This document shows positions 1 to 27,584 of a stretch of DNA of 64,000 nucleotides, in pieces. Below the pieces are notes generated by a model, which saw nothing but the letters and a program-made list of their open reading frames with translations, did not search any database and had not been told where the DNA came from. Each line of letters begins with the position of its first letter. Position 1 is the first letter of the stretch. Source of the DNA: Dendrobates tinctorius (taxonomy: Eukaryota); contig NW_027361687.1 in the NCBI RefSeq assembly GCF_039654945.1, positions 34,906,001 to 34,970,000 of the forward strand. Reading direction: 5' to 3'. The position numbers and the translations under genes are program-made.

Positions 1-644
1 TGCTGAGCTACGTATCTAATCCTATCCTGGATGATACTGACTGCTGAGCTGTGTATCTAATCCTATCCTGTGTGAAACTGTCTGCTGAGTGGTGTATCTA
101 ATCCTATCCTTTGTGATACTGACTGCTGAGCCGTGTATCTAATCCTATCCTGTGTGATACTGACTGCTGAGCTGTGTATCTAATCCTATTTTAATCCTAT
201 CCTGTATGATACTGACTGCTGAGCTGCGTATCTAATCCTATCCTGTGTGATATTGACTGCTGAGCTGCGTATCTAATCCTATCCTGTGTGATACTGACTG
301 CTGAGCTGCATATCTAATCCTATCCTGTATGATACTGACTGCTGAGCCTTGTATCTAATCCTATCCTGTATGATACTGACTGCTGAGCAGTGTATCTAAT
401 CCTATCCTGTATGATACTGACTGCTGAGACGTGTATCTAATCCTATCCTGTGTGATACTGACTGCTGAGCCGTGTATCTAATCCTATCCTGTGTGATACT
501 GACTGCTGAGCCGTGTATCTAATCCTATCCTGTGTGATACTGACTGCTGAGCTGCGTATCTAATCCTATCCTGTATGATACTGACTGCTGAGCCTTGTAT
601 CTAATCCTATCCTGTATGATACTGACTGCTGAGCCATGTATCTA
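1..644. repeat. 41-bp minisatellite, left part (runs off window start)
   Basis: Unit TGATACTGACTGCTGAGCTGCGTATCTAATCCTATCCTGTA repeated head-to-tail; period of 41 read directly. Confidence 0.97.
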
Positions 645-1896
645 GAATCATAGAATCATAGAATCGTAGAGTTGGAAGGGACCTCCTGGGCCATCTGGTC
701 CAACCCCCTGCTCAAAGCAGGATTCGCTAAATAATCCCAGTCAGATGTCTGTCCAGCTTCTGTTTGAAGACTTCCATTGAAGGAGAACTCACCACTTCTC
801 GTGGCAGCCTGTTCCACTCATTGATCACTCTAACTGTCAAAAAGTTTTTTCTAATATCTAATCTGTGTCTCCTCCCATTCAGTTTCATCCCATTGCTTCT
901 AGTCTTTCCTTGTGCAAATGAGAATAAAGTTGATCCTTCTACAATGTGACAGCCCTTTAGATATTTGTAGACAGCTATTAAGTCTCCTCTCAGTCTTCTC
1001 TTTTCCAAACTAAACATTCCCAAATCCTGCAACCTTTCCTCATAAGACAGGGTTTGCAGACCGGTCACCATTCTGGTCGCTCTTTTCTGAACTTGCTCCA
1101 GTTTGTTGATGTCTTTTTTAAAATGTGGTGCCCAAAACTGGACACAATATTCCAGATGAGGTCTGACCAAAGAGGAGTAGAGGGAAATAATGACTTCACG
1201 TGATCTAGACTGTATGCTTCTGTTAATACATCCTAGAATTGCATTTGCCTTTTTTGCTGCTGCATCACACTGTTGACTCATATTCAGTCTGTGATCTATT
1301 AGTATACCCAAGTCTTTTTCACATGTGCTGTCACTTAGCCCTATTCCTCCCACTCTATATATGCTTTTTTCATTTTTATTGCCCAGATGTAGTACTTTGC
1401 ATTTCTCCCTGTTAAAAACCATTCTGTTAGTTGCTGCCCACTTCTCCAGTTTATTTAAATCTTTTTGAATCCTCTCTCTCTCTTCTCTAGTATTAGCTAT
1501 CCCTCCTAGCTTTGTGTCATCAGCAAATTTAATCAGTTTACCCTCAATTCCTTCATCTAAATCGTTGATAAAGATGTTGAACAATACAGGGCCCAGGACA
1601 GAGCCCTGTGGTACCCCACTTGAGACATTCTTCCAACTGGATGTGCAGCCATTTACGACCACTCTTTGGGTCCGATCACTAAGCCAGTTATGAATCCACC
1701 TAACAGTTGCCTTGTCCATTCCATACTTAGTCATTTTTTCAATAAGGATGGTGTGAGATACTTTGTCAAATGCTTTGCTGAAGTCAAGATATACTATATC
1801 TACAGCATTTCCTTGATCCACCCAATCAGTGATTCCGTCATAGAAGTAAATTAAGTTAGTCTGACATGACTTATTAGTTACAAACCCATGCTGACT
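643..1896 (-). mobile_element. 5'-truncated CR1 LINE (RT domain plus 3' UTR) inserted in the minisatellite
   Basis: Open frame from the truncation point (SQHGFVTNKSCQTNL...) through [17 protein letters not shown] and FADD to the stop at 727. CR1-type octamer tail seen on + as (TAGAATCA)n at 643-666. No TSD visible. Confidence 0.95.
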
Positions 1897-4800
1897 CTAT
1901 CCTGTGTGATACTGACTGCTGAGCTACGTATGTAATCCTATCCTGGATGATACTGACTGCTGAGCTGCGTATCTAATCCTATCCTGTGTGATACTGACTG
2001 CTGAGCTGCATATCTAATCCTATCCTGTATGATACTGACTGCTGAGCCTTGTATCTAATCCTATCCTGTATGATACGGACTGCTGAGCCTTGTATCTAAT
2101 CCTATCCTGTGTGATACTGACTGCTGAGCTGTGTATCTAATCCTATCCTATATGATACTGACTGCTGAGCTGCGTATCTAATCCTATCCTGTATGATACT
2201 GACTGCTGAGCCTTGTATCTAATCCTATCCTGTATGATACTGACTGCTGAGCCTTGTACCTAATCCTATCCTGTGTGATACTGTCTGAGCCATGTATCTA
2301 ATCCTATCCTGTGATACTGACTGCTGAGCTGTGTATCTAATCCTATCCTGTATGATACTGACTGCTGAGCTGCGTATCTAATCCTATCCTGTATGATACT
2401 GACTGCTGAGCTGCGTATCTAATCCTATCCTGTGTGATACTGACTGCTGAGCTGCGTATCTAATCCTATCCTGTATGATACTGACTGCTGAGCCTTGTAT
2501 CTAATCCTATCCTGTATGATACTGACTGCTGAGCTGCGTATCTAATCCTATCCTGTGTGATACTGACTGCTGAGCTGCGTATCTAATCCTATCCTGTATG
2601 ATACTGACTGCTGAGCTGCGTATCTAATCCTATCCTGTATGATACTGACTGCTGAGCTGCGTATCTAATCCTATCCTGTGTGATACTGTCTGAGCCATGT
2701 ATCTAATCCTATCCTGTGATACTGACTGCTGAGCTGTGTATCTAATCCTATCCTGTATGATACTGACTGCTGAGCTGCGTATCTAATCCTATCCTGTATG
2801 ATACTGACTGCTGAGCTGCGTATCTAATCCTATCCTGTATGATACTGACTGCTGAGCTGCGTATCTAATCCTATCCTGTATGATACTGACTGCTGAGCTG
2901 CGTATCTAATCCTATCCTGTGTGATACTGTCTGAGCCATGTATCTAATCCTATCCTGTGATACTGACTGCTGAGCTGTGTATCTAATCCTATCCTGTGAT
3001 ACTGACTGCTGAGCTGTGTATCTAATCCTATCCTGTATGATACTGACTGCTGAGCTGCGTATCTAATCCTATCCTGTGTGATACTGACTGCTGAGCTGCG
3101 TATCTAATCCTATCCTGTATGATACTGACTGCTGAGCCTTGTATCTAATCCTATCCTGTATGATACTGACTGCTGAGCTGCGTATCTAATCCTATCCTGT
3201 GTGATACTGACTGCTGAGCTGCGTATCTAATCCTATCCTGTATGATACTGACTGCTGAGCTGCGTATCTAATCCTATCCTGTATGATACTGACTGCTGAG
3301 CTGCGTATCTAATCCTATCCTGTGTGATACTGTCTGAGCCATGTATCTAATCCTATCCTGTGATACTGACTGCTGAGCTGTGTATCTAATCCTATCCTGT
3401 ATGATACTGACTGCTGAGCTGCGTATCTAATCCTATCCTGTATGATACTGACTGCTGAGCTGCGTATCTAATCCTATCCTGTATGATACTGACTGCTGAG
3501 CCGTGTATCTAATCCTATCCTGTGATACTGACTGCTGAGCCGTGTATCTAATCCTATCCTGTATGATACTGACTGCTGAGCTGCGTATCTAATCCTATCC
3601 TGTGTGATACTGACTGCTGAGCTGCGTATCTAATCCTATCCTGTATGATACTGACTGCTGAGCTGCGTATCTAATCCTATCCTGTATGATACTGACTGCT
3701 GAACCTTGTATCTAATCCTATCCTGTGTGATATTGTCTGCTGAGCCGTGTATCTAATCCTATCCTGTGTGATACTGACTGCTGAGCTGTGTATCTAATCC
3801 TATCCTGTGATACTGACTGCTGAGCCGTATATCTAATCCTATCCTGTGATACTGTCTGCTGAGCTGTGTATCTAATCCTATCCTGTGTGATACTGACTGC
3901 TGAGCCGTGTATCTAATCCTATCCTCTGTGATACTGACTGCTGAGCTGTGTATCTAATCCTATCCTGTGTGATACTGACTGCTGAGCTGTGCATCTAATC
4001 CTATCCTGTGTGATACTGACTGCTGAGCCGTGTATCTAATCCTATCCTGTGTGATACTGACTGCTGAGCTGTGCATCTAATCCTATCCTGTATGATACGG
4101 ACTGCTGAGCCTTGTATCTAATCCTATCCTGTGTGATACTGTCTGAGTGGTGTATCTAATCCTATCCTGTGTGATACTGACTGCTGAGCTGTGCATCTAA
4201 TCCTATCCTGTGTGATACTGACTGCTGAGCCGTGTATCTAATCCTATCCTGTGTGATACTGACTGCTGAGCTGTGTATCTAATCCTATCCTGTGTGATAC
4301 TGACTGCTGAGCCGTATATCTAATCCTATCCTGTGATACTGTCTGCTGAGCTGTGTATCTAATCCTATCCTGTGTGATACTGACTGCTGAGCCGTGTATC
4401 TAATCCTATCCTGTGTGATACTGACTGCTGAGCCTTGTACCTAATCCTATCCTGTGTGATACTGTCTGAGCCATGTGTCTAATCCTATCCTGTGATACTG
4501 ACTGCTGAGCTGTGTATCTAATCCTATCCTGTATGATACTGACTGCTGAGCTGCGTATCTAATCCTATCCTGTATGATACTGACTGCTGAGCTGCGTATC
4601 TAATCCTATCCTGTGTGATACTGACTGCTGAGCTGCGTATCTAATCCTATCCTGTATGATACTGACTGCTGAGCCTTGTATCTAATCCTATCCTGTATGA
4701 TACTGACTGCTGAGCCGTGTATGTAATCCTATCCTGTGATACTGACTGCTGAGCCGTGTATCTAATCCTATCCTGTATGATACTGACTGCTGAGCTGCGT

Positions 4801-5064
4801 ATCTAATCCTATCCTGTGTGATACTGACTACTGAGCCGTGTATCTAATCCTATCCCGTGTGATACTGACTGCTGAGCTGCGTATCTAATCCTATCCTGTG
4901 TGATACTGTCTGCTGAGCCGTGTATCTAATCCTATTGTGTGATACTGACTGCTGAGCTGTGTATCTAATCCTATCCTGTGTGATACTGTCTGCTGAGCCG
5001 TGTATCTAATCCTATCCTGTGTGATACTGACTGCTGAGCTGTGTATCTAATCCTTTCCTGTGTG
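1897..5064. repeat. 41-bp minisatellite, right part
   Basis: Same unit as 1-644, with 37-39 bp deletion variants; roughly 90 copies across both parts. Confidence 0.97.
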
Positions 5065-5884
5065 GGATCTCCATTACTGGGGCCATCTGATGAAGAGGGG
5101 TCCTGATGTTTGTGGCTAGTAGAGGCCGCCCAAATTGACGTTAGGAAATGCTTACAACCATGAGCTTTGCCACAAGGGTTGTCGCAGATCATGCGGTTTT
5201 CAGTGCTACGTGATAAAGGAGATCTCCACAGATAGGGGCCCAAGCCTCACGTTCAGACATCTCCCCATTCTACAGTATAAGATATGTATCTGCATCCAAT
5301 CAGATGCTAGCTTTTAGGATGTAGGTGGATTTACAGGAGTACTGGCTGCTGATTGGCTGCATTTATTACACTGGCCCCTCCCCTGAGGACTGTTGGGTTC
5401 ACATGGGCTGTGGCAAAAGCCAGGACAGGAAGGAAAAGTCGCCTTCTCAGGATGCGTCATTGTGCAGCTACACTTATAGGGAACTCGTCAGCAGGAAGGC
5501 GGCCAGTAATATCGGCTGCCCAAAAAACAAACAAGAATTACTTCTCTTGAATATAAAAGGTTTAACATCTGGAGAAATTCCTCCCCTTCACAATCCGTCC
5601 CATTAGATGATCTGCACTTGTCCCACTGGCTTCTCCTCTGTTGGAAACATTTGATATTCTTCTGAACTGACGTGGTTAAGAGCCACCAGCTATTTTTTCT
5701 TAAAGGGATGGTCCATTACTAGGACAATCCCTTCTTGAACTAAATGTTCGGCCCCGATAAATTATCCCATACCCCCCCTCCAGCACTCGTGGTCCCGGAG
5801 CTCTCGTGCGATGTTGTGACATGTGACCCTGGTGCCCAATCAGCGCTACGTCACTGTGTCCGCCTACATACGGATTGAACATGA

Positions 5885-6007
5885 AACAGCATGGCACCGG
5901 TATCGTCTCCCCCCCCCCCACACACACACACACACTTTACTCGCCTGACCTCGCCTCCTGCGACTTCTTCTCAAGAGTGAAGAAAAACCTAGAAGTAGAG
6001 CGTTTCT
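5885..6007 (+). mobile_element. Tc1/mariner transposase remnant
   Basis: 5938-6006 translates YSPDLASCDFFSRVKKNLEVERF, matching the mariner YSPDLAPxD motif. It is preceded by a poly-C/(CA)n run where the HPP codons would lie. Confidence 0.6.
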
Positions 6008-6424
6008 CGAATATTTTTTATTTTAATAAGTAATTCTATGTTTTTTTTTTATACCACCTAGATATAGAACCATGAAAACTGCCATGGAAAGCCACATACA
6101 GTATATGCCAGTATGTAATCTCCCACCATAACGGCAGCAGCGTCCGCTCTGTAGGGTCCTGCACGGCAATCCTGAGAGCTAACAGGAAGTCAGCAGAACT
6201 CGGATTGCAGCTCTGGGAAGTAACGCTAAGGAAACAATGGTGAGAAGAGATGTGGCATCAGTACCACCACACGCATCTCACTTCTGTTTCCTCAGCCTCC
6301 TCACAGGGGAAGGAGTAGACTGGAGATACTGTAACAAACCCTCAGCTGGGAGTATACATTAAGCTCTGGCTATGTGCCCATTCACTGGCAGCAAGCAGAG
6401 AGAGGCCCACAGTGAGTGATAGAA

Positions 6425-6440
6425 TAATAAAGCTTTATTA
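6425..6440. terminator. EIF3F: EIF3F polyadenylation signal within a 16-bp palindrome
   Basis: TAATAAAGCTTTATTA; the minus-strand AATAAA at 6434-6439 lies about 180 nt past the EIF3F stop. Confidence 0.7.
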
Positions 6441-6621
6441 ACAGTGAGGACTGACACCTGCGAGCAGCAACGGGGCTCCCCCTATAATTGTGGGGTCATT
6501 TAGGGAGTCGCTGTGTCTGATCAGGATGAGCCGCACTGACCCCGCCGGCAGAAATCACAAAACAAAGTGAAAAAGTCCAGACATGTGGATAATCCAGCCT
6601 CTAGGGGACAGAGAGGGCGTC

Positions 6622-6699
6622 TCACAGGTTCAAGAGCTTCTCATTGAGAGCTATCTGCGACTGGGTAAGGTTGGCGAGATACGTGACCATCAGCAGATC
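6622..6699 (-). CDS. EIF3F: eIF3 subunit F, exon 8 (last)
   Basis: ttcag|[25 protein letters not shown]; matches the eIF3f C-terminus. Confidence 0.96.
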   Translation of the reverse strand, partial: DLLMVTYLANLTQSQIALNEKLLNL

Positions 6700-6802
6700 C
6701 TGAAGGAGAGAGAAGAGGAAAGGTAAAGTAATGAACACCCACAATGACGGGGTGGAGACTAGCCTCTTAGATACCGCGCTCATAACTGATAGTACTACTC
6801 AC

Positions 6803-6916
6803 GTTGATGTTGCTGTTCAGCATGGCCTCAAAGTCTTCGGGGGTTATTTTCGGCACCTGGTTCACCAGGTCCATCAGGAAGCGGCCCACATTGTTATCTG
6901 CAGAGACTTTACCTGA
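6803..6916 (-). CDS. EIF3F: eIF3 subunit F, exon 7
   Basis: [38 protein letters not shown]; 114 nt, AG/GT flanked. Confidence 0.96.
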
Positions 6917-6989
6917 CTGAAGAGAAAAAGATGATGAATATAAAGAGCGAGGGGGCAGCGAGCATTACCACCCGCCGCAGGCCACTCAC

Positions 6990-7126
6990 CAGAACGTCCT
7001 CCGAGTACTGCAGCACGGTGCTCAGCGAGTCTTGCAGGCGCGTGGCAGCGGAGCCCACCTGCTGGAGGTCACTCGTCAGACCGATGGAGCGGTTAGGGTT
7101 AAAGCAGGTCTTTGTTATAAGGTCAA
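6990..7126 (-). CDS. EIF3F: eIF3 subunit F, exon 6
   Basis: [45 protein letters not shown]; 137 nt. Confidence 0.96.
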
Positions 7127-7246
7127 CTGCAAAGGGAAGAAAAGGCGGTCACACCAGGCCGAAGAACCGTGAACGGCCACAGGATGGCATCGCAGCCCTA
7201 TACACAAAGGATCGGACAAACACCCCCATCATCTGCAGCCACTCAC

Positions 7247-7338
7247 CTCCTATCCTCTCCGTGTCATAGTATATGAACTGCACGGTGAGCGGCGTGAACA
7301 TGACACCCATTGTTTTACCAGGGACACCCATCGGAGTG
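7247..7338 (-). CDS. EIF3F: eIF3 subunit F, exon 5
   Basis: [30 protein letters not shown]; 92 nt. Confidence 0.96.
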
Positions 7339-7370
7339 CTGCAAAAGAAATTGAACACATGGGAGTAGTG

Positions 7371-9357
7371 GTCAGTCGTATAATAATCTGCAGGATATAT
7401 CACTATGTATCTGTCAGGAGGTGGAGGAGCGATGCTCTGCAGAGAGGTCAGTGGTGTAATAATCTGCAGGATATATCACTATGCATCTGTCAGGAGGTGG
7501 AGGAGCGATGTTCTACAGAGAGGTCAGTGGTGTAATAATCTGCAGGATATATCACTATGTATCTGTCAGGAGGTGGAGGAGCGATGTCCTGCAGAGGGGT
7601 CAGTGGTGTAATAATCTGCAGGATATATCACTATGTATATGTCAGGAGGTGGAGGAGCGATGTTCTGCAGAGAGGTCAGTGGTGTAATAATCTGCAGGAT
7701 ATATCACTATGTATCTGTCAGGAGGTGGAGGAGCGATGTCCTGCAGAGGGGTCAGTGGTGTAATAATCTGCAGGATATATCACTATGTATCTGTCAGGAG
7801 GTGGAGGAGCGATGCTCTGCAGAGAGGTCAGTGGTGTAATAATCTGCAGGATATATCACTATGTATCTGTCAGGAGGTGGAGGAGTGATGCTCTGCAGAG
7901 AGGTCAGTGGTGTAATAATCTGCAGGATATATCACTATGTATCTGTCAGGAGGTGGAGGAGCGATGTCCTGCAGAGGGGTCAGTGGTGTAATAATCTGCA
8001 GGATATATCACTATGTATATGTCAGGAGGTGGAGTGATGTTCTGCAGAGAGGGCAGTGGTGTAATAATCTGCAGAATATATCACTATGTATCTGTCAGGA
8101 GGTGGAGGAGCAATGTTCTGCACAGAGGTCAGTGGTGTAATCTGCTGGATATATCACTATGTATCTGTCAGGAGGTGGAGGAGCGATGTTCTGCAGAGAG
8201 GTCAGTGGTGTAATCTGCTGGATATATCACTATGTATCTGTCAGGAGGTGGAGGAGCGATGTTCTGCAGAGAGGTCAGTGGTGTAATAATCTACATGATA
8301 TATCACTATGTATCTGTCAGGAGGTGGAGGAGCGATGTTCTGCAGAGAGATCAGTGGTGTAATAATCTGCAGGATATATCACTATGTATCTGTCAGGAGG
8401 TGGAGGAGCGATGTTCTGCAGAGAGGTCAGTGGTGTAATCTGCAGGATATATCACTATATCTGTCAGGAGGTGGAGGAGTGATGTCCTGCAGAGGGGTCA
8501 GTGGTGTAATAATCTGCAGGATATATCACTATGTATATGTCAGGAGGTGGAGTGATGTTCTGCAGAGAGGGCAGTGGTGTAATAATCTGCAGGATATATC
8601 ACTATGTATCTGTCAGGAGGTGGAGGAGCGATGGTCTGCAGAGAGGTCAGTGGTGTAATAATCTGCAGGATATATCACTATGTATCTGTCAGGAGGTGGA
8701 GGAGTGATGTTCTGCAGAGAGGTCAGTGGTGTAATAATCTGCAGGATATATCACTATGTATCTGTCAGGAGGTGGAGGAGCGATGCTCTGCAGAGAGGTC
8801 AGTGGTGTAATAATCTGCAGGATATATCACTATGTATCTGTCAGGAGGTGGAGGAGCGATGTTCTGCAGAGAGGTCAGTGGTGTAATAATCTGCAGGATA
8901 TATCACTATATCTGTCAGGAGGTGGAGGAGCGATGCTCTGCAGAGAGGTCAGTGGTGTAATAATCTGCAGGATATATCACTATGTATGTCAGGAGGTGGA
9001 GGAGCGATGTTCTGCAGAGTGGTCAGTGGTGTAATAATCTGCAGGATATATCACTGTATCTGTCAGGAGGTGGAGGAGCGATGTTCTGTAGAGAGGTCAG
9101 TGGTGTAATAATCTGCAGGATATATCACTGTATCTGTCAGGAGGTGGAGGAGCGATGTTCTGTAGAGAGGTCAGTGGTGTAATAATCTGCAGGATATATC
9201 ACTATGTATCTGTCAGGAGGTGGAGGATCGATGGTCTGCAGAGAGGTCAGTGGTGTAATAATCTGCAGGATATATCACTATGTATCTGTCAGGAGGTGGA
9301 GGAGCGATGTTCTGCAGAGAGGTCAGTGGTGTAATAATCTGCAGGATATATCAGTAT
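7371..9357. repeat. 76-bp minisatellite filling EIF3F intron 4
   Basis: Unit GTCAGTGGTGTAATAATCTGCAGGATATATCACTATGTATCTGTCAGGAGGTGGAGGAGCGATGTTCTGCAGAGAG, about 26 copies. Confidence 0.97.
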
Positions 9358-9369
9358 GTATGCAGGTAC

Positions 9370-9507
9370 CTGATGTAGGCCTTGATGTTCATGCGCCCCC
9401 CCTGAAGGCCGGTGTCCACGGTCATGTGGATGGGGTTGGTTGCCTCGCGGCTATAATATTCGTGGATCAGGACGGAGTGTTCGGTGATGTCATTCCCGGT
9501 GGCATAC
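9370..9507 (-). CDS. EIF3F: eIF3 subunit F, exon 4
   Basis: [45 protein letters not shown]; 138 nt, MPN domain. Confidence 0.96.
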
Positions 9508-9583
9508 CTGCAGTACACAATATGGTCAGTGGGGGACGGAAGCAGGGCTGAGTTATTGTCCCCGATAGCCAGGTGCCACTCAC

Positions 9584-9663
9584 CAGCCCAGGATCTGCTC
9601 CGTGGATGAAACCTTCTTGTGAAGCTCGTACATGTTCTTAGCGAACTCCATGTCCACTGCCAC
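9584..9663 (-). CDS. EIF3F: eIF3 subunit F, exon 3
   Basis: [26 protein letters not shown]; 80 nt. Confidence 0.96.
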
Positions 9664-9969
9664 CTGGAAGACAACAGGCGTCAGTACCCGAAACCAGAAG
9701 GCCCCCCACCCTGGGCACCTCTCCTCCACCAATCACCCCCAGATGGCAGCTACCTTCTTCCCACCATCACCCCTGGACAGCGGTCACTTAACCCCCCGAC
9801 ACTGGACACCTTACTCCACGCTCTGACAGCAGGGACATTCCTCCCACTCCCCCTGCGGGCCCACCCCTCAAACGGCAGACACTTTCCTTCCACCCCCCAC
9901 CGAGACGGTGGGTGCCTTATACCCACCAGAATACAGGCACCTTCTCCTCCCCTGATGGTGGGCATGTCT

Positions 9970-25278
<15,309 letters not shown>

Positions 25279-25390
25279 TTACAATGTGCGGCCACACGAG
25301 GGCGCTGCCCTGATGCACCATAGTCTCCTCTATCAGTCGGGCCGCTATACACCCGGTACCACACGTGTGACACACAGCGCCGCCTCTTAC

Positions 25391-25526
25391 CCAGAAGGGT
25401 CCCGATCACCCGGGCCGCCCCCTCGTTCCTGCGCTCGTAGCTGTCCACAATGGAGGCCAGGACCACGGGATGAACCTTCACCACCGGCCCGTGCAGAGAG
25501 CCCGGCGCCACAGCCGGAGCCGCCAT
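25391..25526 (-). CDS. EIF3F: eIF3 subunit F, exon 1
   Basis: gcggtgATGG start; [45 protein letters not shown]|gtaag. The eight exons total 846 nt (281 aa plus stop) in frame. Confidence 0.94.
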
Positions 25527-25704
25527 CACCGCGGTAGAAAGGAAGGGCGGACACCACTGCTCACCTGCACCGCTCATTGGCCGCTGAACATGCCGCGCTC
25601 TGATTGGCTGAGGTAATCATTACGCGTTAGCTGTATCCATACCGCCCTTCATGGTAACAGTTACCAGGAGACGCCGGTGTACACAGACTGCAGACAGGAG
25701 CATC
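25527..25704. promoter_or_regulatory. Bidirectional EIF3F/CFAP126 promoter with CCAAT boxes and RFX X-box-like sites
   Basis: CpG-rich. ATTGG at 25576 and 25603. CTTCATGGTAAC (25647-25658) and GTTACCAGGAGAC (25660-25672) resemble RFX sites. Confidence 0.75.
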
Positions 25705-25731
25705 ATGGCCGCCGCCTACAGCGCCAACCAG
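25705..25731 (+). CDS. CFAP126: Protein Flattop, exon 1
   Basis: MAAAYSANQ|gt; the recalled mammalian N-terminus is MATNYSANQ. Confidence 0.9.
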
Positions 25732-25989
25732 GTACCGACCCCGACTCAGAGCAGTATATAGAATCATGTGGCCCCATAGCAGAAGTTCATGTCGCACAGC
25801 TTTTAAGCCCTGCAAAGTAATTTTCCTCCTATTAAAAACCGTATATTTCTCTCTCATTGCCCCCATAAAGTATGGTGCCATGGAAAGTGTCCCCCGGAAA
25901 CACAGTATGAAACCCCCACTATGATTCCTTCACACATACACAGTATGATGCCACAAATCCCTCCATACAGTATGACTGCACATAGTTCT

Positions 25990-27580
25990 CTATACAGTAT
26001 AATGTGCCCCACAGTGCTCCATATGGTATAATGGCCCCATATAGTGCTCCATACAGTATAATGGCCCCACGTAGTGCTCCATACAGTATAATGGCCCCAC
26101 ATAGTGTTCCATTCAGTGTAATGGCCCCACATAGCGCTCCATACAGTGTAATGGCCCCACATAGTGTTCCATACAGTATAATGGCCCCACATAGTGCTCC
26201 ATACAGTATAATTACCCCACATAGTGCTCCATACAGTATAATGGCCCCACATAGTGCTCCATACAGTATAATGGCCCCACATAGCGCTCCATACAGTATA
26301 ATGGCCCCACATAGTGCTCCATACTGTATAATGGCCCCACATAGTGTTCCATACAGGATAATGGCCTCTCCTAGTGCTCCATACAGTATAATGGCCCCAC
26401 ATAGCGCTCCATACTGTATAATGGCCTCACATAGTTCTCTATACAGTATAATGGCCCCACATAGTGCTCCATACAGTATAATGGTCCCACATAGTCCTCC
26501 ATACAGGATAATTGCCTCACATAGTGCTGCATGCAGTATAATGTCTTCACATAGTGCTCCATGCAGTATAATGTCTTCACATAGTGCTCCATACAGTATA
26601 ATTGCCCCACATAGTGCTCCATACGGTATAATTGCCCCACATAGTGCTCCATACGGTATAATGGCCTCACATAGTGCTCCATACGGTATAATGGCCTCAC
26701 ATAGTGCTCCATACGGTATAATGGCCTCACATAGTGCTCCATACGGTATTATGGCCTCACATAGTGCTCCATACGGTATCATGGCCTCACATAGTGCTCC
26801 ATACAGTATCATGGCCTCACATAGTGCTCCATACGGTATCATGGCCTCACATAGTGCTCCATACGGTATAATGGCCTCACATAGTGCTCCATACAGTATA
26901 ATGGCCTCACATAGTGCTCCATACAGTATAATGGCCTCACATAGTGCTCCATACAGTATAATGGCCTCACATAGTGCTCCATACGGTATAATGGCCTCAC
27001 ATAGTGCTCCATACGGTATAATTGCCCCACATATTGCTCCATACGGTATAATTGCCCCACATATTGCTCCATACGGTATAATTGCCCCACATAGTGCTCC
27101 ATACGTTATAATTGCCCGCATAGTGCTCCATATGGTATAATTGCCCCACATAGTGCTCCATACAGTATAATGACCTCTCTATACAGTATAATGGGCCTCA
27201 CATAGTGCTCCATACGGTATAATCGCCCAACATAATGCTCCATACGGTATAATGCCCCACATAGTGCTCCATACAGTATAATGGCCCCACACATTGCTCC
27301 AAACAGTGTAAAGAACCCCATATAGTGCTCCATACAGTATAAAGGGCCCCATATAGTTATCCATAAATTGTTATACGTCCCCATGTAGTCCTCCATACAG
27401 TTATGGGCCCATAATAGTCCTCCATCTAGCATTTTGGGCCCCATTTAAACCTCAATATAGCGTTATGAGCCACATATAGTCCCCCATACAGTATTATAGG
27501 CCCCATATAGACCTCCATACATTATAGGTCTCATATAGCCCTCCATACAGTATTATGGGCCTCATGTAGTCTTCCATATA
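25990..27580. repeat. 30-bp minisatellite in CFAP126 intron 1
   Basis: Unit ATAGTGCTCCATACAGTATAATGGCCCCAC; degenerates toward both ends. Confidence 0.95.
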
Positions 27581-27584
27581 CTTT

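Noticed and set aside
1-5064. CRISPR-like regular repeats (also 36440-38430 and 52380-55043)
   Set aside because: Units are contiguous with no unique spacers, there are no cas genes, and the context is eukaryotic.
6155-6239. Possible plus-strand exon spliced to 6296
   Set aside because: The implied intron is only 56 nt, short for a vertebrate, and the peptide is unrecognisable.
7405-9551. Series of near-identical ~68-aa ORFs
   Set aside because: Frame cycling through a 76-bp repeat unit.
25854-27444. Decapeptide-repeat ORFs on both strands
   Set aside because: Artefact of the 30-bp minisatellite in CFAP126 intron 1.
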